From Octopus sinensis (lineage: Eukaryota): a stretch of DNA of 64,000 nucleotides. Below the pieces are notes generated by a model, which ran no database searches, had not been told where the DNA came from, and worked only from the letters and a program-made list of their open reading frames with translations. The stretch spans positions 11,594,001 through 11,658,000 of the forward strand of contig NC_042999.1 of the NCBI RefSeq assembly GCF_006345805.1. The letters are read 5' to 3'. Positions 39,520 to 51,380 of the stretch are shown in pieces. Within the stretch, counting starts at the first letter, position 1. Each line of letters opens with the position of its first letter. A program made the position numbers and the translations under genes.

Positions 39520-39990
39520 TCAATGAACGACCCACGGTTTGGTTAACTTGTGGCAGTTACAGAACCACATAACCTTTACCATTCTAGTAATTAACAGTCC
39601 GTTACTAAGACAAACCAACGATCCATGGTTTAATTAGGTTGGATTGAACTTTTGGCAGTTGCAGACTTATTAACAGCACCACAAAACCTCACCATTCTAC
39701 TAATTAACAGTTGGAATTATTAAAGTAAACGAACGATCCACGATTTAATTAGGTTGGGGTAACTTTCAGAGGCTGAAAACACCATAAAACCATACCATTC
39801 TAGTAATTAACTCCGATTAATTAAGGCAAACCAGTGATCCATAGTTTAATTGGGCTGGGACAAACTTTTAGCAGTTAGAGACTAATTAACACCACAAGGC
39901 TTTACCATTCTAAGTAATTAAGTCCAATTTATTAAGGCAAACGAGCGACCACGGTTTAATTAGGTTGGGGCTAACTTTTAGCAGTTTCAG
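39520..39990. repeat. Degenerate minisatellite, about 4.5-5 units of about 90-115 bp
   Basis: The anchors AACGATCCACGGTTTAATTAGGTTGG and ACCATTCTAGTAATTAAC recur at about 39527, 39617, 39731, 39832 and 39942. Confidence 0.85.
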
Positions 39991-41559
39991 ACTTTCACTA
40001 ACAGCAAAACAGAAACAAACAGAGAGAGAGAAATAATATAAAACCTTATTTTAAAACCGTAAAAAATAATAGAAATTTTAAAATATGAAAAACAACACGA
40101 AGTGGGTAATAATAAATATAAATATAGAGGAGAACCGAACATAATGAACAAGTTTGGGGGAGGAATTTGGGGAAATTGTTTGTTGAAGTAGAAGAACGTT
40201 ATTAATGACAACAATGTCGACCGAGTGAAATTCCAAGCTTGTTTCACTCGCAAATATTTCGCTCCATGTTTACTTGCGTTTCGAGATATTTCTTGAAACA
40301 AAAGCAGCTTTTCAGGGGGGAAACGGTCCTCCAAAAGCTTGTCAGTGGGTTAAAGTAAACATTTGAAATAGTTTAGTGAAGTGGGGGGGAAAAAGAGAAA
40401 AGTTGGAAGTTGGTTGAAATGTCGGGAAGTTAGAGAAGGGCGGCTGGGCAGAAGTATGTCAAATATTTCAGACATTCAAATCCCGTCAAACAATCAGCCA
40501 CAAAACATTGCTGCCATGCCAGCTTTATACAAGAAGGAGAGAGAGAGACAGAAAAGCCAGCATGCCGCCTTCCTCTCTCTCTCCCTATTTCGCTTAGGAA
40601 ATAAAACATCCAACTGTTTTTACTTTCCATACTTAGTCGATCCGATTACAACACTTAATTACAATTCAACTTCTTGCCATTATTATTATTATTAATATAA
40701 GTGAATGTGCGCGTATGTATGCGTGTATATATATTATATATACACACATATATATATAGAACGTTTTTGTACAAGTTGCGCCAAAAATCTGCAATTTCTT
40801 TGAATGTTGAATACTTTAAAGCTTCGCGAATTACAATTTTGTTTCCCTCGAAACAAAACGAAAGCAAAGACAAGAATTAAGGAAGGAAGACTCATAATTT
40901 TCAGTTTTTGAAGAAAATACATAATCTGACATTATGTTCGCAACAAAGTCAAAACCTGAAGAATTTCAGAAAAACGGGGCAAAAATTCTCCGCCAAACAA
41001 TTAATCTGCGACAAAACATTTAAATCTGCAGAAATCTGCCTGTTTTGGCGCACAAGAAATAATTTGCAACTCTATTCTGAGAGAACACACACCTATGTAT
41101 ATATATATATATGTGTATATATATAAATAAGAATAAAAATGTGTTCACCTAACAATACACAAACCATATTATCTTAAAATATTTTAAAAAATATATTAAT
41201 TAATGTAAATAGAAATTGTATTTCTAAGAGAGGACGGTGTTACCCGCCACAATAGCAAGACATAATGCATGCTTCTCTCTATATACACTCACTCATACTA
41301 TATATAAATATGTGTCAGTGATTTTATTTTCACACGATCGAAACTTTTAAGCGAATGATTAATTAAACGCTCTCTCCTATTATGTCTCCGATTACATACA
41401 ACCCGTATTTACAATAATATAAACTGTAAATTGAATGTAAAACATGGAAACGTTTAAGAGACAAACAATCCGTGAGTTGTGTTGTTTACAAATAAACTGT
41501 TAAATTTACATTATTTCTAAAAACTCTAAACAATGACAATCATTTCTAATGTTTCTTTC

Positions 41560-42070
41560 CCTCTTCAATACCCAGCAACCATCAAAGCTACCCGTTTAGA
41601 AGAACTTTTATTAAAATATCGGTTTCTCTCTCAGGAAATTTTCGTTATTTCTCGGGAAATTGTAAGCAAGCCATGACTAAATCCTCGTGTCGCTTTCTTC
41701 CTCTTGTATACCCAGCTACCTCAGCAATCTACCCGTATATTCCACCAACACATCAGACCTCTTCCTTAAAAACTGTTAGTAAATAATGTCTATATATATA
41801 TCGTAATGTCGCTTTCTTCCTCTTATATACCCAGCCACCATCAAACTACCCGTATATTCCACCACAACCTCACCCATTTACAGAACTTTTAATAAAATCT
41901 CACTCGTAAATTTTCCTTCTTATAAATTGTTAGTAAACAATGTCCATTATCTCCTCCAGTGTTGCTTCCTTTCCTGCAGTGTACCCCAATCACCAAACCA
42001 CCCGTATATTCCACAACCACCACAATCACCTCAATCTTTTACCCATTTACAGAACTTTTAATAAAATATC
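41560..42070. repeat. Degenerate tandem repeat, about 4 variable-length units
   Basis: TACCCAGC..CCATCAAACTACCCGTATATTCCAC and CAGAACTTTTAATAAAAT recur. Confidence 0.75.
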
Positions 42071-42324
42071 TCCGTCACTCTTTCTTCTGCAGACCGCACT
42101 GCAGCACACTTCATTGTTCTAGCTCTCTCTCTCTCTTATTTGACACTAACATTCCTCTTTCTTCCATTGCTACTATCAAAAGCTGATCATGTCATTGTGG
42201 CTACTGCTTCGTCTCCCTCCCACCGAAAACACTCCTCTTCCCCAATTTCCTCAACAACTGAAGGAACTCGAGAAACACAAGTGACGAAACTCGAAAGAAA
42301 ACAACAAAAAAAACCCCTACAAAT

Positions 42325-42475
42325 CCTCTCTCTCTCTCTCTCCCGTCTCCATCATCCACCCTTCCCGCTCTCTCTCTCTCTCTCTCTCTCTCCCGTCTCC
42401 ATCATCCACCCTTCCCGCTCTCTCTCTCTCTCTCTCTCTCCCGTCTCCATCATCCACCCTTCCCGCTCTCTCTCG
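42325..42475. repeat. Three tandem units of (CT)n-CCCGTCTCCATCATCCACCCTTCCCG
   Basis: Three identical 26-bp cores separated by (CT)n tracts of variable length. Confidence 0.9.
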
Positions 42476-43466
42476 TCCTAACAATTCCCCGCCATCGCCA
42501 CCATCTTGTAACTTTCCTTGCCGCCTTCAAAGTTTTTACTCACTGCTCTCTACTCTCACCACCACTCTTACTTTACTCTCACTGCTATACAACCACCATT
42601 ACTTCTCTCTACTCTTACCATCACCACCATCACTACCACTACGACTGGCCGAACTAAGTACTTTTCCCAACAATTGTCCCCCCCCATCATCATCATCTTC
42701 ATCATCACTTCGTTTATCTTTGTGATTACTTTTAAATTTATATTCCCCTTTCTACCATAACAATTCGACAATTATTTTATTAAAAAAAACGTGGGTAAAA
42801 ACTGCTTCGTTATAAATAAATAACAATGATTTGGAAAAAGAAAAAAACTGCTAGAGTTGTTAAAAAGGCCGAGGGAGGAAGCAGCATAGAACTATCAGCG
42901 AGAAACAACAAAGTGCTTCCTCTGCGACTTCTTCACATACGACTACTCTTACTACTCCTCTTGTGTTGCTACCAAACAAGAAAACACGAGGCGTTGCAAT
43001 GAAGGGGGCGGCGGCGGTAAGCTTTGAATAACAGCAGATGTTCAACCACCACCACCACCATCGCTAGTAAGGAGTAGCAGTAATAGTAGGAAGATTGGTA
43101 GTGGTAGCAGCAATAATCAGAGCAATGGTAGCAATGTGTGAGTAACAGTAAGAGTAGGAACAGTGAAGAACAAAGTTTTCTACTCAGAGTGAAATGGTGG
43201 TGGGAGGAGGAGGAGGAGGAGGAAGACGAAATCAGAAAAACAAAAGAAAAAGTTAATAAATGCGCACTCACACTCACTCATTCTATCACTCACACTCACC
43301 AACACGCTTTCTTTTAATGCCAATCGTATTCCCCCCCCTTCTTTCTCTACATCTAACGACTATTTGGGAGTGAATTCTGCCTGGAGCTGACTTTCAGACA
43401 TTATCCGGTCCTAGAAGAAAATCTCCAAAGGAACAAACAACATGGACGGAAGAAAAAATGATACAT

Positions 43467-43509
<43 letters not shown>

Positions 43510-43769
43510 TGGATAAGGAAAGTGGGAGAGTTACATGTAAATACAAAGAGAGTGAGCGGGAGAGTTACATGTCTATGCAGAGAGAGGGAGTTACATGAAT
43601 ACAGAGAGAGGGGGAGAGAGATTGAGAGAAAAATGTACAGAAAGAAGAATCGAAAAAATTACGTATAATTTTTTTTTCTTTTTTGATGAATACTCACCAG
43701 AAAGGCCGAGATGAAACGGTACTCTTGTTTCTAAAATGTAACGGAGTTGTTGTGGAAAAAAATGAGAAT

Positions 43770-43960
43770 TTTTAAGCTTGAAGAAGCAAGCCAGCCGCTG
43801 GTATGTGAGGAATGGCACAAAGAATCTGGACTACGTCGGGCGGCCGGGCTGCCAGTGCGCATGTGCCGGGGCGTAGGGGCGGGCCGACCGACGACCGACA
43901 CGTAGGGAGAAGCCAGCAGCTGATCTGATGGTGGTGCTTGCTCGGGCACCCGGGGTGGCT
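43770..43960. promoter_or_regulatory. GC- and CpG-rich islet with a GC box and an NRF1-like site; possible promoter
   Basis: GGGGCGGGCC at 43876-43885 and TGCGCATGTGC at 43856-43866, with a sharp local rise in GC and CpG against an AT-rich background. Confidence 0.4.
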
Positions 43961-46027
43961 TGCCAATTCATCACTCGCACATCACACATAATAATAATAA
44001 TAATAACACACAGGCATACACACACTTGTATATACCTCGTTGCTTACAAACGAAACACCATAATGGCCCGTGGATGTGGGGGGGAAGGCTGCTGTAACAT
44101 TTGTGTAGATTTCGAAAAAATGTTGCGTCAAAAACTTAGTTTCGTGTGTAATAATTGTAACTATTACAAGTGTCGCGTCACCGAAGACCGAGTCTTTGGA
44201 TTCGCCTACAGCCTCATTCTCTGACAGTCACGTCTGTTATTCATTCCATCCATCCAGACTTTCAGAGATTCCTTTAATTGCGCTTAGGCCTCTTGGGGTA
44301 AAAACACGAGCTTTGTTTTCGTGTGTGTGTGTGTGTGTGTGTGTATGTTTGTTATATTTATAATCAATTCCATAACATTGTGTGCAAGGAAAAAATATAA
44401 ATATGTATTTATGTGTAAAAGGCTTTCTTAATATTTGTATGTGTCTATATGCGCGCAAACGTACATTTTCGTTTATCTTTGATCAGCAGAAGTAACAGAA
44501 AAGTATGTGATTCTCTCGAACTATTCCAAGTATTCAAGCACTGCACAATAAAATATGCGATCGTTTTGTAAGGCAATCAAATGATTGATTACATAATCAA
44601 TATTAATTTATATAACATAGATAATATTCTGATTTATCTCGATGTGTCAGTATTGTCGGTTGGTTGTCAACGCCTGGGAGCCGACAGAAATTATGCTCGT
44701 CTCTAAGTGAATGTAGGCTTTTTAAACAGCGACATTTTGAACACGTGAAAAATGTCTGGATTGCTATGAATCTCCCCCCGCCTCGCTTTTGCTACTTTAA
44801 ACTATTCACAAATATCAGAATATTTATTGATTGAAAGTTTGATTTTTTAAATAACTTTACTGGTTGTTATCAAATTGTTTTTTTCTTCTTATGTAATATT
44901 TTGGTTGTTTTTAAAGTTTTTGAACAAAATTCCTAACCTCAGCATTAACTTGACTCTAATGACGACTGAAGTAGCTTTTACTCTTTCTCTCTCTCTCTCT
45001 CTCTTAGATATGGCAGCCAAATCTTCCTCAAAATTAAACTTTACACCGTCTTAAATAAACAATACATTTCAACAATTTAACTCTCGATCTAAAAACAAAC
45101 TGGATAGGAACGGCTGAAATAGTTTTGATTGTATGTCTGCTTGCTGTATCGGGTCCTGTCCGAGGAGGGAAAGCTAAATTATAACTTCATTGCAGGATTC
45201 TAATTCCACTTGTATATTTAAAAAAAACAAACAAACATCTCTGGAATGCGAAACTTTTATATTCCTGCGATGTTCTCAAAGTTTGGAATACTTTCTAGCA
45301 ACGGTTTCAGTTCCTAGTTTAGCACAAACAAATTAAACCCGCTAAAATCTCACACAGCCCAGTCCCTCCCCTAAATCAATGGCAAAAGTTATGTCTCGTA
45401 CAATAAATAGATTAATTAACAACATACATACCTGCTGCCAGCTGTAAATCTCTGGCGTAGTTATCGGTAAACTTACAATGTTCATATTGGAATTAGTAAA
45501 TAGTTTCTCTCTCCCTCTCTCCTTCTCTTTCCTCCTCTCTGCTTCCACTTGAAATATTTTCGGTTATAAACTTTGTAAACTCCACAGTTAGCAGTGATCA
45601 CTTAATTACCGTAATTACTCCTTATTAATATTATTATTATTATTACTATCAACGAGCAATGTACTTTCCTTTTTCCTTTTCTTCTTTCTTTTACTCCATG
45701 TGGTTAATTTATGGTAATTAATATGTCAATTGTAATAATAATCCATTTGGTATAATAATAATATGAAATAGTGGCGGAAATTCCTAAGCAACTCTTACAA
45801 AGCGAGTTGCTGGCCCTGCAGCAACGATTATGGAATTTGGTAAAATGCTTTAATATTTAATAGTTTGTTTCGCTTCATTATTTGTTTGTTTACTGTTGTT
45901 GTTGTTTTTATTTGTTTTTAGTTTTATTTATTTTTTACTTTTATATTTTAACGTCAATTAATCGGTCTTTCGCGATAACAACATAGCAATTATATACATA
46001 TATAATATATATAATATATAATATATA

Positions 46028-46067
<40 letters not shown>

Positions 46068-46759
46068 TATATATATATTATATATATATATAATATGTGT
46101 GTGTATGTATATATGTACGTGTGTATATATGTATGTATATATGTATGTGTATATGTATGTGTGTATATATGTATGTATATATGTATGTGTATATATATGT
46201 GTGTGTGCCTGATTTATTATTGTTAATTATTTTAATTTCTTATTTTATGGTTTTATAATGAATTTCAGTGATATCATATATGTGTGTGTGTGTGTATGTA
46301 TGTAATATATATATTTGCGTGTATATATATAGCACCTCAAGAATTATGTAATGTTTTCTATACCCTAAATGTATAATTAATAATTTATATTTTTCCCTGG
46401 TAAATATTTCGCAAAGTTGATTGCTTCTGGAGCACTTTTTTCTTTTTTTTTCTATAATTCATATAGTTTAATTTTTTTAAATATTTTATTTACTTAAAGT
46501 TTATATCTTTTCTAGTTATTACATTCAATCTTGTTTCCTCTCTCACGTTATCTGTGTATGTACGTGAATGAGTATGTATGTATAGTGAGAAAGATAGTAT
46601 TTATTTGTTATACAATGTTTCCCTATACCTACACAATAATATTAATGTTTTGTTTTTTATTCAAATATTGAGGTTTCTTCCGTAGTCTATATCATATCAT
46701 TTCTTCTTTCCTAATGTTTATATCCTCATATTTTCCACAGCTGTTATCATACGCAATTT

Positions 46760-47680
46760 ATTTCCTATTGTTGATATCACACGTAATCCGCTTTTTTTTT
46801 TTCTTTGGTCAAAATCACGTAACTCCTAACCCAGACCTGGTATCACGCAATCCATTTCCTATCGCCTTTATCACACGCAGTCTGTTTCCTCTATCCGATA
46901 TATCATTCCTACTTACCTATAAACTTATCTATCTCACATCCTCTATTTCCTATGGTTGTTATCACACGTATTTCTTTCCTATAGCTAATATATCGCGTAA
47001 TTCATATCCCATGGTTATCAATCGTGGTCTTTTATCACGCCTAATATATTTCCACTGATTGTTATCACACGCAATCTATTTTTATAGTTGTTATCAGACG
47101 TAATCTATTTCCCATAACCGATATCACACGCGCTTATCTCTAACATATATCTCACATAATCTCTTTCCTACTATTCTGATCATATATATATAGTATATTT
47201 CCTATAGCTGTTATCACACGCAGTCTCTTTCCTAACGCTTTTATAACATAATTTCATTCTTATAGCTGATAGTCTTTCCGATAACATATCACACGCAATA
47301 CATTTCCTATACCTGCTATCGCACGTAATCCCAATCCTATACTTATTATCACTCGTCATCTGTGTCCATAGCCTATAGATATCGATCATTCTCACCTATA
47401 ACCTATATCTCATGTAATATGTTCCTTACAGCTTCACACGCAATTTTTCTTCCAGTCAATATATCACACACTCTTTCCTATAACTTATATCACACTGTTC
47501 CCTTTCTTACACCTGTTAACACAGTTAGCCTTATTTCCTGTCGCTATAATCACACAAAGTCTGTTTCTTATTAGCTGATCCATCATGCAATCTTTCCTAA
47601 AACCCAATAAATCTCCTATGGCTGTTTTCTCATACAATCTGTGTCCTGTAGGTGATATATCACGCTATCTACGTCCTATA
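46760..47680. repeat. Highly degenerate minisatellite with a unit of about 29-30 bp (consensus about GTTATCACACGCAATCTATTTCCTATA)
   Basis: Roughly 25-30 recurrences of TATCAC(AC)G...TTTCCTA with no unique spacers. Confidence 0.8.
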
Positions 47681-47899
47681 CCCGATGTCTGGTGTTATAT
47701 ACATTTCTATGGATAATATCCAATAAAGGTGATCTTTATATTATATGCATATAGTTTCTTTATTTTAAATTTCGTCTAGGGGCTTCATCAATCAATAGAC
47801 ATCAATTAAGTTGATTCGATTTTCTTGTAAGTAATGTAAGAAAATAATAGTTCCTATGAAAGTATTTGTGTTGCTTATATGTTTTACATACGTTTATTA

Positions 47900-47901
47900 T
47901 A

Positions 47902-47958
<57 letters not shown>

Positions 47959-48400
47959 TGTGTGTGTGTGTGTGTATGTATATATATATATGTGTGTGTA
48001 TGTATATATATGTGTGTGTATGTATATATATATATATGTGTGTGTGTATGTATATATATATGTGTGTGTATGTATATATATATATGTGTGTGTGTATGTA
48101 TGTATATATATATGTGTGTGTTTGTATGTATATATATATGTGTGTGTGTGTGTATGATGTATATATATATATGTGTGTGTATGTATATATATATATATGT
48201 GTGTGTATGTATGTATATATATATATATGTGTGTGTGTATGTATGTATATATATATATGTGTGTGTGTATGTATGTATATATATATATGTGTGTGTGTAT
48301 ATATATATATATGTGTGTGTGTATGTATATATATATATGTGTGTGTATGTATATATATATACATATATATGTGTGTGTGTGTGTATATATATATATATCA
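47900..48400. repeat. Compound (TG)n(TA)n microsatellite block; similar blocks at 134-330, 50030-50300, 50630-51105, 57480-57745 and (TACA)n at 60260-60630
   Basis: Seen directly. These blocks are the source of the [12 protein letters not shown] pseudo-ORFs in the track. Confidence 0.95.
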
Positions 48401-48665
48401 TCATCGTTTAACGACTGCTTTCCATGCTAGCATGGGTTGGACGATTTGACTCAGGTCTGGTGAACCAGATGGCTGCACCAGACTCCAGTCTGATCTGGCA
48501 GTGTTTCTACAGCTGGATGCCCTTCCTAATGCCAACCACTCCGAGAGTATAGTTGGTGCTTTTACGTGCCACCGGCACGATATATATATATTATATTTAT
48601 TTATTTCTGCGCCCTTTTCAAGCCTAGCCAGGCTCATGGGTTCGGGTTCCCGGTTTCTGTGGCGT

Positions 48666-48741
<76 letters not shown>

Positions 48742-48786
48742 GTATATATATACACACATGTATATATATACACACACACACATATA

Positions 48787-48815
<29 letters not shown>

Positions 48816-48817
<2 letters not shown>

Positions 48818-49262
48818 TGAATTAGAGATAAAACCACTATTAGGCAAATCAAACAGTGAAAAACATAAGCCAATACATGAAATTAATTTAAAAATATAAA
48901 AAGTTAAAATTTAAAAAATAATTTAAATAATTAAAAGTTATAAATTTTAAATATATATATGTATGTATATTTTTATATTTATATATTATTTTATTTATTA
49001 ATTATTTTTTTTATTATTATTATATAAGTATTAAAAGTTTAATAAAAGATTAAGAGTAAAACACTACTATCGTTTCCATTTAATTCTAGAAACAAAATCC
49101 TTAATATTATTAATAAGTTTCAAAATGTGTTTCACTGTTTGATTTGCCTAATCGTGGTTTTATCTCTAATTTAATATAATATAATATATTTATACTATAA
49201 AATTGGATTTAATCCTAAATCTAATTTTTCCCTGTAAGTTTGGATTTATTCCCTAATAATAT
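48816..49262. mobile_element. (TA)n-embedded inverted-repeat element A (46-bp arms 48816-48861 / 49130-49175; the right end extends to about 49262)
   Basis: The arms differ at 2 of 46 positions. The arm sequence GAGATAAAACCACTATT is related to element B (GAGACAAAACCACTATT). The spacer has a hammerhead 3'-half remnant (CACTACTATCGTTTC at about 49063-49077). Confidence 0.75.
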
Positions 49263-49630
49263 TATTATATATACATATATATATACACACACACACACAT
49301 ATGTATATATATATATATGTATATATATAGACATATATATATATATTATATATATACATGCGCACACAGTGTATCCGTTACCTCGGGTCTAAGTTTTCAA
49401 TTTTATTGTGGGGTCAGAAGATTAGTAAAAGGGGCTGTTGTTACATAACGCCTTCTTCTTATTTAACCCCCCACCCCAGTCAAGCAGAATTTATGATTAA
49501 AAGCGTTCTAATCTTAACTATGACCCTTCCTTTACATCGTAAGATATGAAATGAGGGGGATTTGGCTGCTATTTCTAACAGCTCGAGTGATCGTATATAG
49601 GCATTCACTTGGCTTCCTAGTGTACTAAAA

Positions 49631-49672
<42 letters not shown>

Positions 49673-50057
49673 CGTCGAAATTAAGAAAACATCTTTATCG
49701 ATAAAGTACTTCTACATTTGAGAAAGTCCTCAACGTGTGTCTCTCTATATTTCAGTGTTCCCCTTGTGGATAATGTTTTGTAGTGAATTATTAATATTGG
49801 TCTCACATCGCCGAAAATTCTGTTGTGGAATACGCTTCTGTTACACTCACCGTTCCTTTTTTAATCATATAAAAAACTAAAAAAAGAAATACTGTTTTTC
49901 AGTATTTGAAGTGAAAAGTTAAATTTGTCTTCGGACTAGAGTCTGATGACTCTAGTCCACGAACCAACGGCTTCCGTAGATGCGAAACCATTGGTCACTC
50001 GATGAGCAGACATTAACTTTATTACTTTAATATATATATACATATATATATATACAC

Positions 50058-50097
<40 letters not shown>

Positions 50098-50213
50098 GTG
50101 TATATATATACACATATATATATACATGTGTATATATATATATATATACACATATATATATATATGTATGTATTATATATATATGTATGTATATATATAT
50201 ATGTGTATATATG

Positions 50214-50248
<35 letters not shown>

Positions 50249-50299
50249 GTATATATATATGTGTGTATATATATACACATATATATATACATGTATATA

Positions 50300-50628
50300 A
50301 TAATAAATATTAGGGAATAAATCCAAATTTACAGGGAAAAATCAGATTTACGATTAAATCCAATTTTATAGTAAAATATTATATAATATAATTCGAGACA
50401 AAACCACTATTTTGCAAAACAAACAAGGAAAGACTTAATCAATACATAAAAATTTTAATATAAAGAAATAAACCGCCACTACAATCGTTTCATGTCTTCA
50501 ATGACATTCGTCAGGTGGATTTTCGATCTCCTAATCTGTTTTAATTTATAATAAAATTTTTATGTATTGATTAAGTCTTTCCTTGTTTGTTTTGCAAAAT
50601 AGTGGTTTTGTCTCGAATTATATTATAT
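50300..50628. mobile_element. (TA)n-embedded inverted-repeat element B (perfect 77-bp arms 50381-50457 / 50552-50628; 94-bp loop containing a hammerhead)
   Basis: I checked the arms base by base as exact reverse complements. The left extension 50300-50380 is an inverted copy of about 49176-49262. Confidence 0.85.
50476..50518 (-). ncRNA. Minimal type-I hammerhead ribozyme (Penelope/retrozyme type)
   Basis: Minus strand: CCAC (stem I) CUGACGA (core) AUGUC-AUUGAA-GACAU (stem II) GAAA C-GAUU-G U A / GUGG (stem I'). All conserved core bases are present and the cleavage triplet is GUA. Confidence 0.8.
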
Positions 50629-51055
50629 GCATGTATATATATACACACACATATTATATATATATGTATGTATATATATATATATGTGTATATATGTATA
50701 TATATGTATATATATGTGTGTATATATATACACATATATATATATACATGTATATATATATACACACACATATATATATATATGTATGTATATATATATG
50801 TGTATATATATGTGTATATATATATATAATGTGTGTATATATATATATATGTGTGTATATATATGTGTGTGTATATATATATATACATGTATATATATAT
50901 ATATATATATACATGTATACATATATATATGTGTATATATATATACATGTATATATATGTGTGTATATATATATACATGTATATATATATGTGTGTATAT
51001 ATGTATATATATATATACATGTATATATGTACATATATAACATATACATATATAT

Positions 51056-51111
<56 letters not shown>

Positions 51112-51116
51112 GTTTT

Positions 51117-51380
51117 CAGGATTAAATAAAAAGACAACAAACGGAAAATATGACCTGCCTATAAATATAATTTTTATTTAAAAAAGTGTAGTATAGAAAC
51201 AAACGAAGATATACGAAATACAGAAGCGGACAGAGAACATAGGTAACCAATTCTTCATCAAGGAAGGAAATATCTGTATTTCGTATATCTTCGTTTGTTT
51301 CTATACTACACTTTTTTAAATAAAAATTATATTTATAGGCAGGTCATATTTTCCGTTTGTTGTCTTTTTATTTAATCCTG
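51117..51380. repeat. Perfect 108-bp inverted repeat with a 48-bp spacer
   Basis: 51117-51224 is the exact reverse complement of 51273-51380. It is next to (TA)n. Confidence 0.9.

Noticed and set aside
46760-47680. CRISPR-like periodic repeat
   Set aside because: The units are contiguous and degenerate, with no unique spacers and no cas genes, in a eukaryotic context.
47802-48449. Long ORFs of 150-200 aa ([12 protein letters not shown] types), also at 134-400, 50-51 kb, 57.3-57.8 kb and 60.1-60.7 kb
   Set aside because: They are translations of (TA)n, (TG)n and (TACA)n microsatellites, which lack stop codons.
51225-51272. UUGAUGA plus a short stem in the spacer of the 108-bp IR, as a possible hammerhead
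   Set aside because: No GAAA follows the stem and no stem I or III can be formed.
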